Source: a virus. Taken from it: DNA of 46,011 nucleotides. Both the position numbers and the translations under genes were made by a program. Positions 32,324 to 40,895 of the stretch are shown here, piece after piece. Numbering within the stretch: the first letter of the stretch is position 1; every line of letters begins with the position of its first letter. Under the pieces are notes generated by a model. The model was not told the DNA's origin. It did no database searches and saw only the letters and a list, made by a program, of their open reading frames with translations. The stretch spans positions 1 to 46,011 of IMG/VR virus record IMGVR_UViG_3300011494_000001; one strand, 5' to 3'.

Positions 32324-32349
32324 AAACCGACCGCTGTGTCGGTTTTTTT
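32324..32349 (+). terminator. Strong rho-independent terminator
   Basis: AAACCGAC-cgctgt-GTCGGTTT followed by further Ts (7-T run 32343-32349). Confidence 0.8.
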
Positions 32350-32648
32350 ATGCCGATTCGAAAGCCAATCCGCGCTTCAGTCGGCAATGAAATACCAGTT
32401 TCGGGCGCTAAAGGCCGTTTGAATGGATCGCCACCATGCGCCCAACCCAATCCCCGGCCTGCTTGCGATCGGCTACGCGCCACACGCAGCACACTGCGCG
32501 ACTCGGTAACGAGTATCGCCCCTAGGACGCTAGGGGAATCGGGCACTACACCACGAATTCCGGCCCCGCGCCTGCCTCCTAGCTCATAGGCGGATGGCAG
32601 CTGCGTGTGAGGCCGGACCAATCAACTGCCCCATGCGGGATAACCGAG

Positions 32649-32972
32649 ATGCCCAAGATGCCCGAGAAAAGTCCAGAAGTATGGGCTGCGGTCCTCGCAT
32701 GGCTGCACGCTATTGCGCCGAGCCTGTACGCGTTCTGTCTGTCCGTGACTATCGCCGTGCTGCGAGTCGTGTACGGGGGCGGAACTAAGCGGCAGATGGT
32801 GCTCGAGGGCGCTCTGTGTGGATTCGCCACGCTGACCCTGGTCCCGCTGCTCGAGTACTTCGGCCTCCCGCAGAGCATGGCTACGTTCGTCGGCGGTTCG
32901 GTTGGCTTCCTCGGAACAGAAAAGCTCCGTGACCTGGCTATCCGCTGGGGGGAGAAGAAGGCGAGCGCATGA
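32649..32972 (+). CDS. Lambda S-family holin with dual-start motif (MPKMPEK...), 107 aa
   Basis: Compare lambda S: MKMPEK..., ...YLRGRYNGG...TK, ...[22 protein letters not shown]. This ORF: MPKMPEK, VLRVVYGGGTKR, VGFLGTEKLRDLAIRWGEKKAS. Multiple TM segments. Confidence 0.85.
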   Translation: MPKMPEKSPEVWAAVLAWLHAIAPSLYAFCLSVTIAVLRVVYGGGTKRQMVLEGALCGFATLTLVPLLEYFGLPQSMATFVGGSVGFLGTEKLRDLAIRWGEKKASA

Positions 32973-33190
32973 AGCAGCAGCCTCCATGGATACACAGGTT
33001 CGATGACGGCCGCGGCGTCCGCAAGGTGTTCCTAGATGGGCAAGAGATCAAGATGGCTGTCTTCGTCGACCAGGAGCGCGGCATCGTCGATCGCTTCCGC
33101 CAGCCGCTGACCATTCGCCGCCGTGATGGGCAACTGATAACCGAGCGCCTACACGGTCGCGTGGAGGTTGTATGGCAAACGTCCAGCTAG
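32969..33190 (+). CDS. Hypothetical protein, 73 aa
   Basis: ATGA coupling to the holin stop; high GC3. Confidence 0.5.
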   Translation: MKQQPPWIHRFDDGRGVRKVFLDGQEIKMAVFVDQERGIVDRFRQPLTIRRRDGQLITERLHGRVEVVWQTSS

Positions 33191-33339
33191 TGGCCGTCGT
33201 CAAGATTCGCTGGTGGCTGCGCCTGTATCTCGCCGGAGTGGTTGCAGCCTCTCGCATCACTGGACTTGACCCGGATTGGCAAAAGGTCAGTCAGTGGATT
33301 CGGCGCGGCACAGTGATTCGCTTCAAGGCGGCACAGTGA
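33172..33339 (+). CDS. Small ORF, 55 aa (MANVQLVAVVKIRWWLRLYLAGVVAASRITG...)
   Basis: Hand translation. Hydrophobic N-terminal part. Below the track's cutoff. Confidence 0.35.
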   Translation: MANVQLVAVVKIRWWLRLYLAGVVAASRITGLDPDWQKVSQWIRRGTVIRFKAAQ

Positions 33340-33476
33340 AACGCCTCCACGCCACCTTGATCCTGATATGCCTCGCAGCCTGTGTCGCTGTGATGATCGG
33401 GAAAGAGGTGTGGATCTACTCACGCAAGAGGAAAGGCAATGACCGAAAGACCAAAGGTCGTCGAGTTCAAGCGTGA
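33336..33476 (+). CDS. Small ORF, 46 aa, signal/lipobox-like N-terminus (VKRLHATLILICLAAC...) and basic tail
   Basis: GTG 33336 overlaps the previous TGA (GTGA). In frame with track ORF 33276..33476. Confidence 0.3.
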   Translation: MKRLHATLILICLAACVAVMIGKEVWIYSRKRKGNDRKTKGRRVQA

Positions 33477-33693
33477 AGGATGGCGAGACGCTATCAAGAC
33501 ACTCCGCACCATTGCCGACCAGATGGAGTCGGGCGAAGTGCCGCGCTGTGACGTAGGCATTCTCGTGACGATAGGGCCGGACGGAGAGATAGACACATAC
33601 GGCATGGGTGGCAAAGGCGAAGACCTGGCGCTGCTCGGCCTGCTCCGGTGCGCTGAGCAAGTGATCATCGAGAGCACCCTATACCCGGAGTGA
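33439..33693 (+). CDS. Hypothetical protein, 84 aa
   Basis: High GC3. Ends 3 nt before the terS SD/ATG. Confidence 0.5.
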   Translation: MTERPKVVEFKREGWRDAIKTLRTIADQMESGEVPRCDVGILVTIGPDGEIDTYGMGGKGEDLALLGLLRCAEQVIIESTLYPE

Positions 33694-33696
33694 CCT

Positions 33697-34170
33697 ATGG
33701 CCCTGACTCAGAAGCAGGAAGCCTTCGCGCTTGCCTACTTTGAGACAGGCAATGCCAGCGAGGCATACCGAAGGGCGTACAACGCCGAGAACATGAAGCC
33801 GGAGAGCATCAATCGCAAAGCGAAGGAGATGCTTGATCACGGCAAGGTTACGGCAAGACTGGCCGAACTGCGCACAGCGGCCGCCAAGCGCAACCAGATC
33901 ACCGTGGATGACCTGCTGCGTGAGCTGGAAGAGGCCCGCGTTAAAGCGCTGAGCTGCGAGAACCCCCAGTCATCGGCAGCGGTGAGCGCGACGCTCGGCA
34001 AGGCCAAGTTGCTCGGACTGGATCGCCCAGACATTGGGCTTGATCTGGAGGCCAAGCGCCTGGCGAACGAGAAGCTGCGCCGCGAACTGGAAGACCCGAA
34101 TCAGGGCTTGCCTGAGCCGAAGCAAGTCATCATCGGGGTGGAAGATGCAAGCGACCCTGAAGCTGAATAG
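33697..34170 (+). CDS. terS: Terminase small subunit, 157 aa
   Basis: MALTQKQEAFALAYFETGNASEAYRRAYNAE... is the typical Terminase_2-type N-terminal HTH. Immediately upstream of terL. Confidence 0.8.
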   Translation: MALTQKQEAFALAYFETGNASEAYRRAYNAENMKPESINRKAKEMLDHGKVTARLAELRTAAAKRNQITVDDLLRELEEARVKALSCENPQSSAAVSATLGKAKLLGLDRPDIGLDLEAKRLANEKLRRELEDPNQGLPEPKQVIIGVEDASDPEAE

Positions 34171-35428
34171 GCCGCAGTTCGAGTTCATCAGCCACCCGAA
34201 GAAGTTCTCTGCGTTTGTCGGCGGGTATCGAAGCGGCAAGACGTTCGTAGGCTGCGTGCGGCTGTGTATCAACGCACTGGAGCACCCTGGCATCCCGCAG
34301 GGCTACTTCGCACCGACCTATCCGCAGATTGCCGACATCTTCTACGACACGATACCGGGTGTTGCTGAGGCCTTCGGGCTGTTCGCCGACATCGTGCCGA
34401 GCAACAAGCGGGTGCATCTTCGCGACTCGAAAGGCCGCTGTCTGTCGACGATCGTCTGCAAGAGCATGGAGCACCCTGGCCGCATCGTCGGCTTCAACAT
34501 CGCGCACGCCCTGGTCGACGAGATCGACTGCATGCCGATCAAGAAGGCCGACAGCGCGTGGAAGAAGATCATCGCCCGTATGTCGACTGTCTGGCCGACG
34601 CGCGGAGAGAACACCATTGACGTGACGACCACGCCGGAGGGGTTCAACTGGGTATATCGCAAGTTCGTCAAGGAGCTGGCCGCCAATCCGAGCCAGCGCC
34701 CGCTGTATGGCATCGTCCACGCCAGCACGCGGCAGAACGCGAAGAACCTGCCGAAGGACTACATCCCGTCGTTGCGTGAGTCGTACCCGGCCAATCTGGT
34801 CGACGCCTACATTGACGGCCAGTTCGTCAACCTGGTGAGCGGATCGGTCTACCCGAACTTCTGTCGGCGGCTGAATCACACCGACGAAACGATTCGTCCG
34901 GGTGAAGAGCTGCATGTCGGGATGGACTTCAACATCAATCGGATGGCTGCCTGCGTGTTCGTCATTCGTGACGGTGAGCCGCGGCAACTGGATGAGCTGA
35001 CCAGCCTATTCGACACGCCTGCAATGATCGCTGCGCTACTTGAGCGATTCCCGGGCCACAAGATCACGGTTTACCCCGACGCCAGCGGCAAGAACCGCAA
35101 GAGCGTAAACGGTAGCGAGTCCGATCACAGCTTGCTCAGACAGGCCGGCTTCACGGTTCGCGTCAACCCGGCTAACCCTATGGTTCGTGACCGTGTGCTG
35201 GCAGTTAACGCCATGTTCCTTAATGGCGAGGGCGTGCGCCGGCTGAAGGTCAACACCGACAAATGCCCGGTCACCACTCAGGTGCTCGAGCAGCAGGCAT
35301 ACAACGAACATGGCGAGCCCAACAAGGACGGCACGGAAGACCCGGCCGACGCCTTCGGGTACTTCGTCGTTCACCGCTTCCCGATCATCAAGCCCGCCAC
35401 ATCAATCAACATGGGATTCGCCCGATAA
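34145..35428 (+). CDS. terL: Terminase large subunit, 427 aa
   Basis: ATG 34145 (MQATLKLNRPQFEF...). Walker A GGYRSGKT, ...ALVDEID... Walker B-like, C-terminal nuclease-like region. The track ORF starts at an upstream alternative codon. Confidence 0.85.
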   Translation: MQATLKLNRPQFEFISHPKKFSAFVGGYRSGKTFVGCVRLCINALEHPGIPQGYFAPTYPQIADIFYDTIPGVAEAFGLFADIVPSNKRVHLRDSKGRCLSTIVCKSMEHPGRIVGFNIAHALVDEIDCMPIKKADSAWKKIIARMSTVWPTRGENTIDVTTTPEGFNWVYRKFVKELAANPSQRPLYGIVHASTRQNAKNLPKDYIPSLRESYPANLVDAYIDGQFVNLVSGSVYPNFCRRLNHTDETIRPGEELHVGMDFNINRMAACVFVIRDGEPRQLDELTSLFDTPAMIAALLERFPGHKITVYPDASGKNRKSVNGSESDHSLLRQAGFTVRVNPANPMVRDRVLAVNAMFLNGEGVRRLKVNTDKCPVTTQVLEQQAYNEHGEPNKDGTEDPADAFGYFVVHRFPIIKPATSINMGFAR

Positions 35429-36879
35429 TGGCCGACGTTCAATACCAGCGCCCTGAATACGAGGCAGCGCAAGCCCGTTGGCGCCTGGTGCGCGACGTTT
35501 GCAAGGGCTCCGAGGCGGTCAAGGCAGCCGAGCAGCGCTACCTGCCCAAGCCGAACAAGCACGACACGAGCAAGGAGAACGCCGAGCGGTACGAGAGCTA
35601 TCTGGCCCGCGCTGTGTTCTACAACGCAACCGGGCGGACTCGTGATGGCTTGGTCGGTGCCGTGTTCCGCGTGGTTCCGACGCTGACTGTGCCCGCGCTG
35701 CTCGACTACATGGCCACCGATGCCAATGGCGCCGGAATCAGCGTCTACCAGCAGTCGCAGACGGTCCTGGCTGATGTGCTGGAGACTGGCCGGGCGCTGA
35801 TCCTCGTCGACTTCCCTGCGGTTGAATCAGCCAGCCGGGCCGACATGCAGAGCGGCAAGGCGCGGGCGACCATCACGGCATACCCGGCCGAGGCGGTGAT
35901 CAACTGGCGCACGACAAAGGTAGGCGCACGTCACCTCCTGTCGCTGGCTGTGCTGCGTGAGACGCACGAGGTCGAAGACGGTTTCGGCGTCAAGACATAC
36001 CCTCAATACCGCGTGCTGAGCCTGCGCGATGGCGTCTACACCGTCGATGTGTGGCGCCAGGCAGCCGGAGAAGGCGCGTTCGAGATCGCAGAGACCTACA
36101 ACCCGCGTCGCAGCAATGGTGCGCCGTGGAACGAGATCACGGCCTTCTTCGTTGGCGCGCAGAACAACGACACGTCGATCGATGAGTCGCCGCTGTACGA
36201 CTTGGCCGAGATCAACATCGGCCACTACCGAAACAGCGCGGACTACGAGGATTCGGTCTATCTGGTCGGGCAGCCTCAGGTCTACATGGCCGGGCTTGAC
36301 GATCACTGGGTCAAGATGCTCGAAGAGAAGGGCATCTACTTCGGCTCCCGCGCCATCCTGCCACTGCCGCAAGGTGGAACGGCCGGCATCCTTCAGGCTC
36401 AGCCGAACGGCCTAGCTAAGGAGGCGATGGACGCTAAAGAACGCCAGATGGTCGCCTTGGGTGCTCGCCTGGTCGAGAAGGGTAGCGCCACGAAGACCGC
36501 CACCGAGGCTGCTTCGGATAACGCCGCAGAGCACTCGGTTCTGTCTCTGGTTGCATCCAACGTGAGCGAGGCCTACACCAAGGCTCTGCAGTGCGCTGCT
36601 GAGTTCATGGGCGCCACTGGCGAGTGCGTCTACGCGCTGAATCAGGACTTCATCGAAGCCCGCCTTGATCCGCAGACCCTGGCCGAGCTGGTCAAGTCCT
36701 GGCAGGCCGGCGCGATCACTGATGCCGACCTGTGGGCTCAGCTGCGCCGTTACGGACTGATCGATGCTGAGAAGTCGGATGACGACATTCGCGAGGAGCT
36801 TGCCAGCAGCACGTCTGGCCTGAACTTGGACGACGACGATGGCAACGGCGGAACTACTGATCCAGTCGGCAACGCGTAA
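35428..36879 (+). CDS. Portal protein, 483 aa
   Basis: TAATG overlap with terL. N-terminal MADVQYQRPEYEAAQARWRLVRDVCKGSEAVKAAEQRYLP as recalled for DUF4055-type portals. Size and position fit. Confidence 0.75.
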   Translation: MADVQYQRPEYEAAQARWRLVRDVCKGSEAVKAAEQRYLPKPNKHDTSKENAERYESYLARAVFYNATGRTRDGLVGAVFRVVPTLTVPALLDYMATDANGAGISVYQQSQTVLADVLETGRALILVDFPAVESASRADMQSGKARATITAYPAEAVINWRTTKVGARHLLSLAVLRETHEVEDGFGVKTYPQYRVLSLRDGVYTVDVWRQAAGEGAFEIAETYNPRRSNGAPWNEITAFFVGAQNNDTSIDESPLYDLAEINIGHYRNSADYEDSVYLVGQPQVYMAGLDDHWVKMLEEKGIYFGSRAILPLPQGGTAGILQAQPNGLAKEAMDAKERQMVALGARLVEKGSATKTATEAASDNAAEHSVLSLVASNVSEAYTKALQCAAEFMGATGECVYALNQDFIEARLDPQTLAELVKSWQAGAITDADLWAQLRRYGLIDAEKSDDDIREELASSTSGLNLDDDDGNGGTTDPVGNA

Positions 36880-37906
36880 CGCCGTGATGTTGGAGCGTCT
36901 GAAGTCGGGAGAGGTCGAGAAGATCGATCCCTTCCTTCGGCGCATCGACAAGGATCTACGCGACAGGCTGAGCCGCGACACGCTGACCGACTACAGCCGG
37001 GCGCGTCTTGAGCAGATGCTGAAGTCCATTGACGCGATGCTTGCCAAGATTCATGGCGAGTTCACGGCTCAGCTGCTGCTGGACCTGTTCGATATCGGTG
37101 CCTACGAGGCCGAGTTTGAGGCCAGGTCGCTTGATCAGGTGCTGGTCAATATCACCGCAGCGGCTCCGACCGTGAAAGCGATACAGGCCGCCGTAAAGGC
37201 TCAGCCGCTCAGCGTGACGGGGCCGGATGGCGGAAAGCTGCTTGAGTCGTTCATCGCTGATTGGACGCAGGCCGAGCGTAACCGGGTGACTGGTGCAATT
37301 CGCATGGGCTATGTCCAGGGTGAGACGAATCAAACCATCATCAACCGCATCCGCGGCACCAAGGCGCTGCAGTACAGCGACGGCTTGCTGGCGATCAGCA
37401 AGCGCAATGCCGAAGCCGTGGTCAGGACTGGCATCCAGCACGTCGCCAGCGTGGCGCGCATGGAGACGTGGAAGACGAATAGTGACGTGGTGACCGGCTA
37501 CCGCTGGGTTTCCACTCTCGACGGTCGCACGTCCGCACAGTGCAAGTCGCTGGATGGTCGGGTGTTTAAGATGGGCAAGGGCCCTGTACCGCCCGCGCAC
37601 ATCCGCTGCCGCAGCACGACCGCCGCCGAGCTGGACGCCCGCTATGCCTTCCTCGACGAAGGCGCCACACGGGCCAGCAAGGACGGTTACGTTGACGCCG
37701 AGCAGACCTACTACAGCTGGCTCAAGGGCCAGCCGCAAGAGTTCCAGAACATCGCGCTCGGGCCTGAGCGCGCAAAGCTGTTCCGCGACGGCGGGCTGAG
37801 CGCTGAGCGCTTTGCTGAGCTGCAGCTGGATCGGCAATTCAAACCACTGACCTTGGAACAGATGAAGGCTCTTGAGCCCGAAGCGTTCCGTAGGGCAGGC
37901 ATCTAG
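36839..37906 (+). CDS. Head morphogenesis protein (Mu F / SPP1 gp7 family), 355 aa (start uncertain; alternative ATG 36887)
   Basis: ...TGYRWVSTLDGRTSAQCKSLDGRVFKMGKGPVPPAHIRCRSTT... is the conserved Mu-F motif. Follows the portal. Confidence 0.8.
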   Translation: MATAELLIQSATRNAVMLERLKSGEVEKIDPFLRRIDKDLRDRLSRDTLTDYSRARLEQMLKSIDAMLAKIHGEFTAQLLLDLFDIGAYEAEFEARSLDQVLVNITAAAPTVKAIQAAVKAQPLSVTGPDGGKLLESFIADWTQAERNRVTGAIRMGYVQGETNQTIINRIRGTKALQYSDGLLAISKRNAEAVVRTGIQHVASVARMETWKTNSDVVTGYRWVSTLDGRTSAQCKSLDGRVFKMGKGPVPPAHIRCRSTTAAELDARYAFLDEGATRASKDGYVDAEQTYYSWLKGQPQEFQNIALGPERAKLFRDGGLSAERFAELQLDRQFKPLTLEQMKALEPEAFRRAGI

Positions 37907-37943
37907 CCGGCAGGGCCGGCAAACCTAGTCTCCGGGAGACACC

Positions 37944-38648
37944 ATGCTCGATTTTGAACGCGACAGCCTGGAAGGGCTGGATGAAGGCCTGCGCGGCTTT
38001 TATGAAGAGAAGGGCGGCAAGTACCAGCTCAAGGTCAACGGCATCCCGCAGGGCGAGGACGTGTCGGGCCTGAAAGCAAAGCTCGAGGAACTGCTCGGCG
38101 AATCCAAGGCAGCGAAGGCGAAAGCCCGTGAGGCCGAGGAAGCAGCCAAGAAGGCCGAGGAAGAGCGCGCCCGCAAGGCTGGTGACGTTGAGGCGCTGGA
38201 GAACAGCTGGAAAGAGAAGCTTACCAAGCGCGAACAGGAGCTACTGGCCGAGCGCGAAGGACTGGCGGGGCAGATCAAGAATCTGACCGTTGGCCGTGCT
38301 GCCACCGACCTGGCCGCCGAACTCGCCATACAGGGCAGCGCAAAGGCTCTCCTGCCGCACATCCAATCCCGTCTGAGCATGGATATCCGTGATGGTCAGC
38401 CGACTGTCGTCGTTCTCGACGCCAACGGCAAGCCCAGCGCGGCGACCCTGGAAGAACTGAAAGCAGAATTCGTCAACGATCCGGCTTTTGCGCCGCTGAT
38501 CGTCGGCAGCAAGGCGTCTGGCAGCGGGGCTGGCGGAGCCAAACCGGGCAGCGGGGCTGCATCGGACAGCAACACCAAGGCCGAAGCCGCCAAGAAGGCG
38601 GGCGACGTGGCTGGTTTCATCTCCGCACACCTGACCAAAGGTAACTGA
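37944..38648 (+). CDS. Scaffolding protein, 234 aa
   Basis: Lys/Glu/Ala-rich coiled-coil centre. Located between the head-morphogenesis and capsid genes. GGGAG SD. Confidence 0.65.
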   Translation: MLDFERDSLEGLDEGLRGFYEEKGGKYQLKVNGIPQGEDVSGLKAKLEELLGESKAAKAKAREAEEAAKKAEEERARKAGDVEALENSWKEKLTKREQELLAEREGLAGQIKNLTVGRAATDLAAELAIQGSAKALLPHIQSRLSMDIRDGQPTVVVLDANGKPSAATLEELKAEFVNDPAFAPLIVGSKASGSGAGGAKPGSGAASDSNTKAEAAKKAGDVAGFISAHLTKGN

Positions 38649-38651
38649 TAA

Positions 38652-39812
38652 ATGGCTAACGAAAACCTCTCCTCGTCGCTGTCGGCCCTGCTGAACGACA
38701 AGGTCATCAACGAAGCGTTCGAGATCGCGCGCTCCAACCGCACCGGCATCCTGCAGACCGTGCAGTTCGGCACCGCTCGCGTTCCGTACGAGGGCTACAA
38801 GCTGTCCTGGCTGGATATGCGCGTCGACGCTACCAGCTCGCCGACCACTGCCGAAGCGCTGGCCGCCGCTACCACTGTCGCAGTGGCTGACGGCACCAAG
38901 TTCCGCGCAGGCATGACCGTGTCCCCGGTTGGCTCGGACGAAGTGCTGCTCGTGACCGCAGTGTCCGGCAACAACCTGACCGTGACCCGTGGCTTCGGTG
39001 GCACCACTGCCGCGACCATCGCCTCCGGCACCGTCCTCGTGATCGACTCCGTGGGTCGTGAAGAGAACTCCGGCGCCGAGAATGATGGCATCTTCCAGCC
39101 GGACCCGGTCGAGAACTTCTTCCAGACGATGGATACCGCCGTCGAGTTCTCGCGCCGCGCGCTGGCTACCATCCAGTTCGGCAACACCAACGACCTGAGC
39201 TTCCAGGTCTCTGAGCGCATCCGCCAGCTGACCATTCAGATGGACCGCGCACTGGTCCGTGGCCGTCGCGCCACCGCTACCATCGGCACCAAGCCCGTCA
39301 GCTATACTGGCGGCCTGCGCTTCTTCCTCGATCAGGCCGGCGCGATCAACGTCGACAACTCGGCAGCTGTGCTGACCCTGGACGCGATTAACGCGCTGAA
39401 TGCAGAGATCGTGAGCCGCGGCGGTAGCGCCAACACCGTCGCGGTCGGCATTAAGCAGGCTCGTGCGCTGTCCGCCCTGGTTTCGGCCAACTACAACAGC
39501 CAGCGCCTGGCCGAGTGGAGCGCCGACGAAGGCTCCGTGCTGCAGCTGCCGAGCGACCTGCCGCTGGTTGGCAACGTCAACCGCATCGTGGTCGACACCA
39601 ACCTGGACGACAAAGAGCTGGTGATCTACGACGCCGGCATGATCTCCATCGTCCCGATGGCCAACGGCAATGCTTCCGACTCCGGCAATTGGCGCACTCT
39701 GGACGCCACCCAGCCCGGTCAGGACGGTGAGCGTACCCGCATCATTGGTGACTTCGGCATGGAAGTGCGTCAGTCGAAGACCCACATGGCGCGTCTGCGC
39801 AACATCGGCTAA
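38652..39812 (+). CDS. Major capsid protein, 386 aa
   Basis: Position after the scaffold, size, very high GC3. No fold assignment possible by eye. Confidence 0.8.
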   Translation: MANENLSSSLSALLNDKVINEAFEIARSNRTGILQTVQFGTARVPYEGYKLSWLDMRVDATSSPTTAEALAAATTVAVADGTKFRAGMTVSPVGSDEVLLVTAVSGNNLTVTRGFGGTTAATIASGTVLVIDSVGREENSGAENDGIFQPDPVENFFQTMDTAVEFSRRALATIQFGNTNDLSFQVSERIRQLTIQMDRALVRGRRATATIGTKPVSYTGGLRFFLDQAGAINVDNSAAVLTLDAINALNAEIVSRGGSANTVAVGIKQARALSALVSANYNSQRLAEWSADEGSVLQLPSDLPLVGNVNRIVVDTNLDDKELVIYDAGMISIVPMANGNASDSGNWRTLDATQPGQDGERTRIIGDFGMEVRQSKTHMARLRNIG

Positions 39813-39823
39813 GGGGAATCCAA

Positions 39824-39988
39824 ATGGTAGTGGTCGGAAAACCCGGCCTCTACCACTTCGCCGGGGTGCTAGTCACGGTCCCGGCAAGTGGAGAGGTAGA
39901 CGTACCAGACAAGGTGGCCGAGGAGATGAAATCTCGCGGCTTTAAGGGCAAGGCTGGAAAGCCCAGCAAAGAACCACCCAAGGAATAA
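39824..39988 (+). CDS. Small ORF, 54 aa, Lys/Pro-rich tail
   Basis: Hand translation. AAGGGG SD before ATG 39824. Fills the capsid-connector gap. Confidence 0.4.
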   Translation: MVVVGKPGLYHFAGVLVTVPASGEVDVPDKVAEEMKSRGFKGKAGKPSKEPPKE

Positions 39989-39991
39989 CGC

Positions 39992-40489
39992 ATGACGCTG
40001 ATCATCGAAGACGGAACCGGGAAGGACGACGCCGAAAGCTACGCCACGGCCGCCGAGCTGGTCAGCTATGCCGCGAACTACGGGGTGGCTGTTCCTGGCA
40101 CCGAGCAGGCCCAGGAATCGCTGCTCCGGCGCGCCGCAATGCAGATGCAGGTCATGGGCTGGAAAGGCCGCAAGGCGAGTGCTGCGCAGGCTCTCGCGTG
40201 GCCTCGTGCTGATGTTGAGCTTGACGGCGAAGTGCTGCCGTCGACCTACATTCCGGCGCGCATACAGTACGGCCAGATGGCCCTGGCTGCCGAGATCCAC
40301 GCGGACGACATCGACCCGCCTGCCCAGCGACAGGGTGCAGTGATTCGCGAGCGGGTAGAGGGCGCCGTAGACGTTCAGTACGCCGAGAACAAGTCGGGAT
40401 ATCTGCTGCCGGCCGCTCCCGATCGGCCAAGCCGGACACAGTTCGCTGATTATCTGGTCAAGCGTGGCCTATTTGCCGTGAGGGCGTGA
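39992..40489 (+). CDS. Head-tail connector / adaptor (DnaT-like gp6-type by recollection), 165 aa
   Basis: N-terminal ...EDGTGKDDAESYATAAELVSYAANYG... is typical of head-tail adaptors. Position fits. Confidence 0.6.
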   Translation: MTLIIEDGTGKDDAESYATAAELVSYAANYGVAVPGTEQAQESLLRRAAMQMQVMGWKGRKASAAQALAWPRADVELDGEVLPSTYIPARIQYGQMALAAEIHADDIDPPAQRQGAVIRERVEGAVDVQYAENKSGYLLPAAPDRPSRTQFADYLVKRGLFAVRA

Positions 40490-40490
40490 C

Positions 40491-40895
40491 ATGTCGCAGT
40501 TCTATGACCGCATGGCCTCGACCGCTCTGCGGTTGATAGAACGCTTCGGCCAGACCATCACCCTGCGCGACACGGTGCCAGGCGAGTACGACCCGGTGAC
40601 TGGCTCGCAGACGCCTGACGTCGAGGTCGACCAGCCCGCGCAGGCCATCCTGCAGGACTACGCGCTGCAGCAGTCCGGCATGAGTTACGCCGAGGGCACG
40701 GTCATCAAGCAGGGCGACAAGAAGATCCTCGTCGCAGCGATGACCAAAGACGCCAATGACCAGCCTGTCCAGCTTACGCCGCCGACGCTCACCACGATCG
40801 TCATCGCAGATGGCGCAACGTGGACCATCGTCAACATCAAAGAGATCAACCCGGCCGGCACGCCGCTTGTGTACGAGCTGCAGGGGAGGCGCTGA
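40491..40895 (+). CDS. Head-tail joining protein (hypothetical), 134 aa
   Basis: Position within the connector cluster. Tight spacing. TGATG coupling downstream. Confidence 0.5.
   Translation: MSQFYDRMASTALRLIERFGQTITLRDTVPGEYDPVTGSQTPDVEVDQPAQAILQDYALQQSGMSYAEGTVIKQGDKKILVAAMTKDANDQPVQLTPPTLTTIVIADGATWTIVNIKEINPAGTPLVYELQGRR

Noticed and set aside
32319-32621. 100-aa minus-strand ORF and 79-aa plus-strand ORF in the pre-holin gap.
   Set aside because: They are Arg/Gly/Pro-rich with low GC3 and no SD. They span a strong terminator, so I treated the region as noncoding.
38241-39785. 514-aa minus-strand ORF antisense to the scaffold/capsid genes. Similar long antisense or off-frame ORFs occur at 34130..34987, 36956..37837, 29373..30209, 25496..26345, 10922..11890, 14165..15007 and 15598..16230.
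   Set aside because: These are shadow ORFs typical of high-GC DNA. Their composition is Arg/Gly/Ala/Val-rich and low-complexity. They have no SD. They fully overlap genes with recognisable motifs and much better third-position GC bias.
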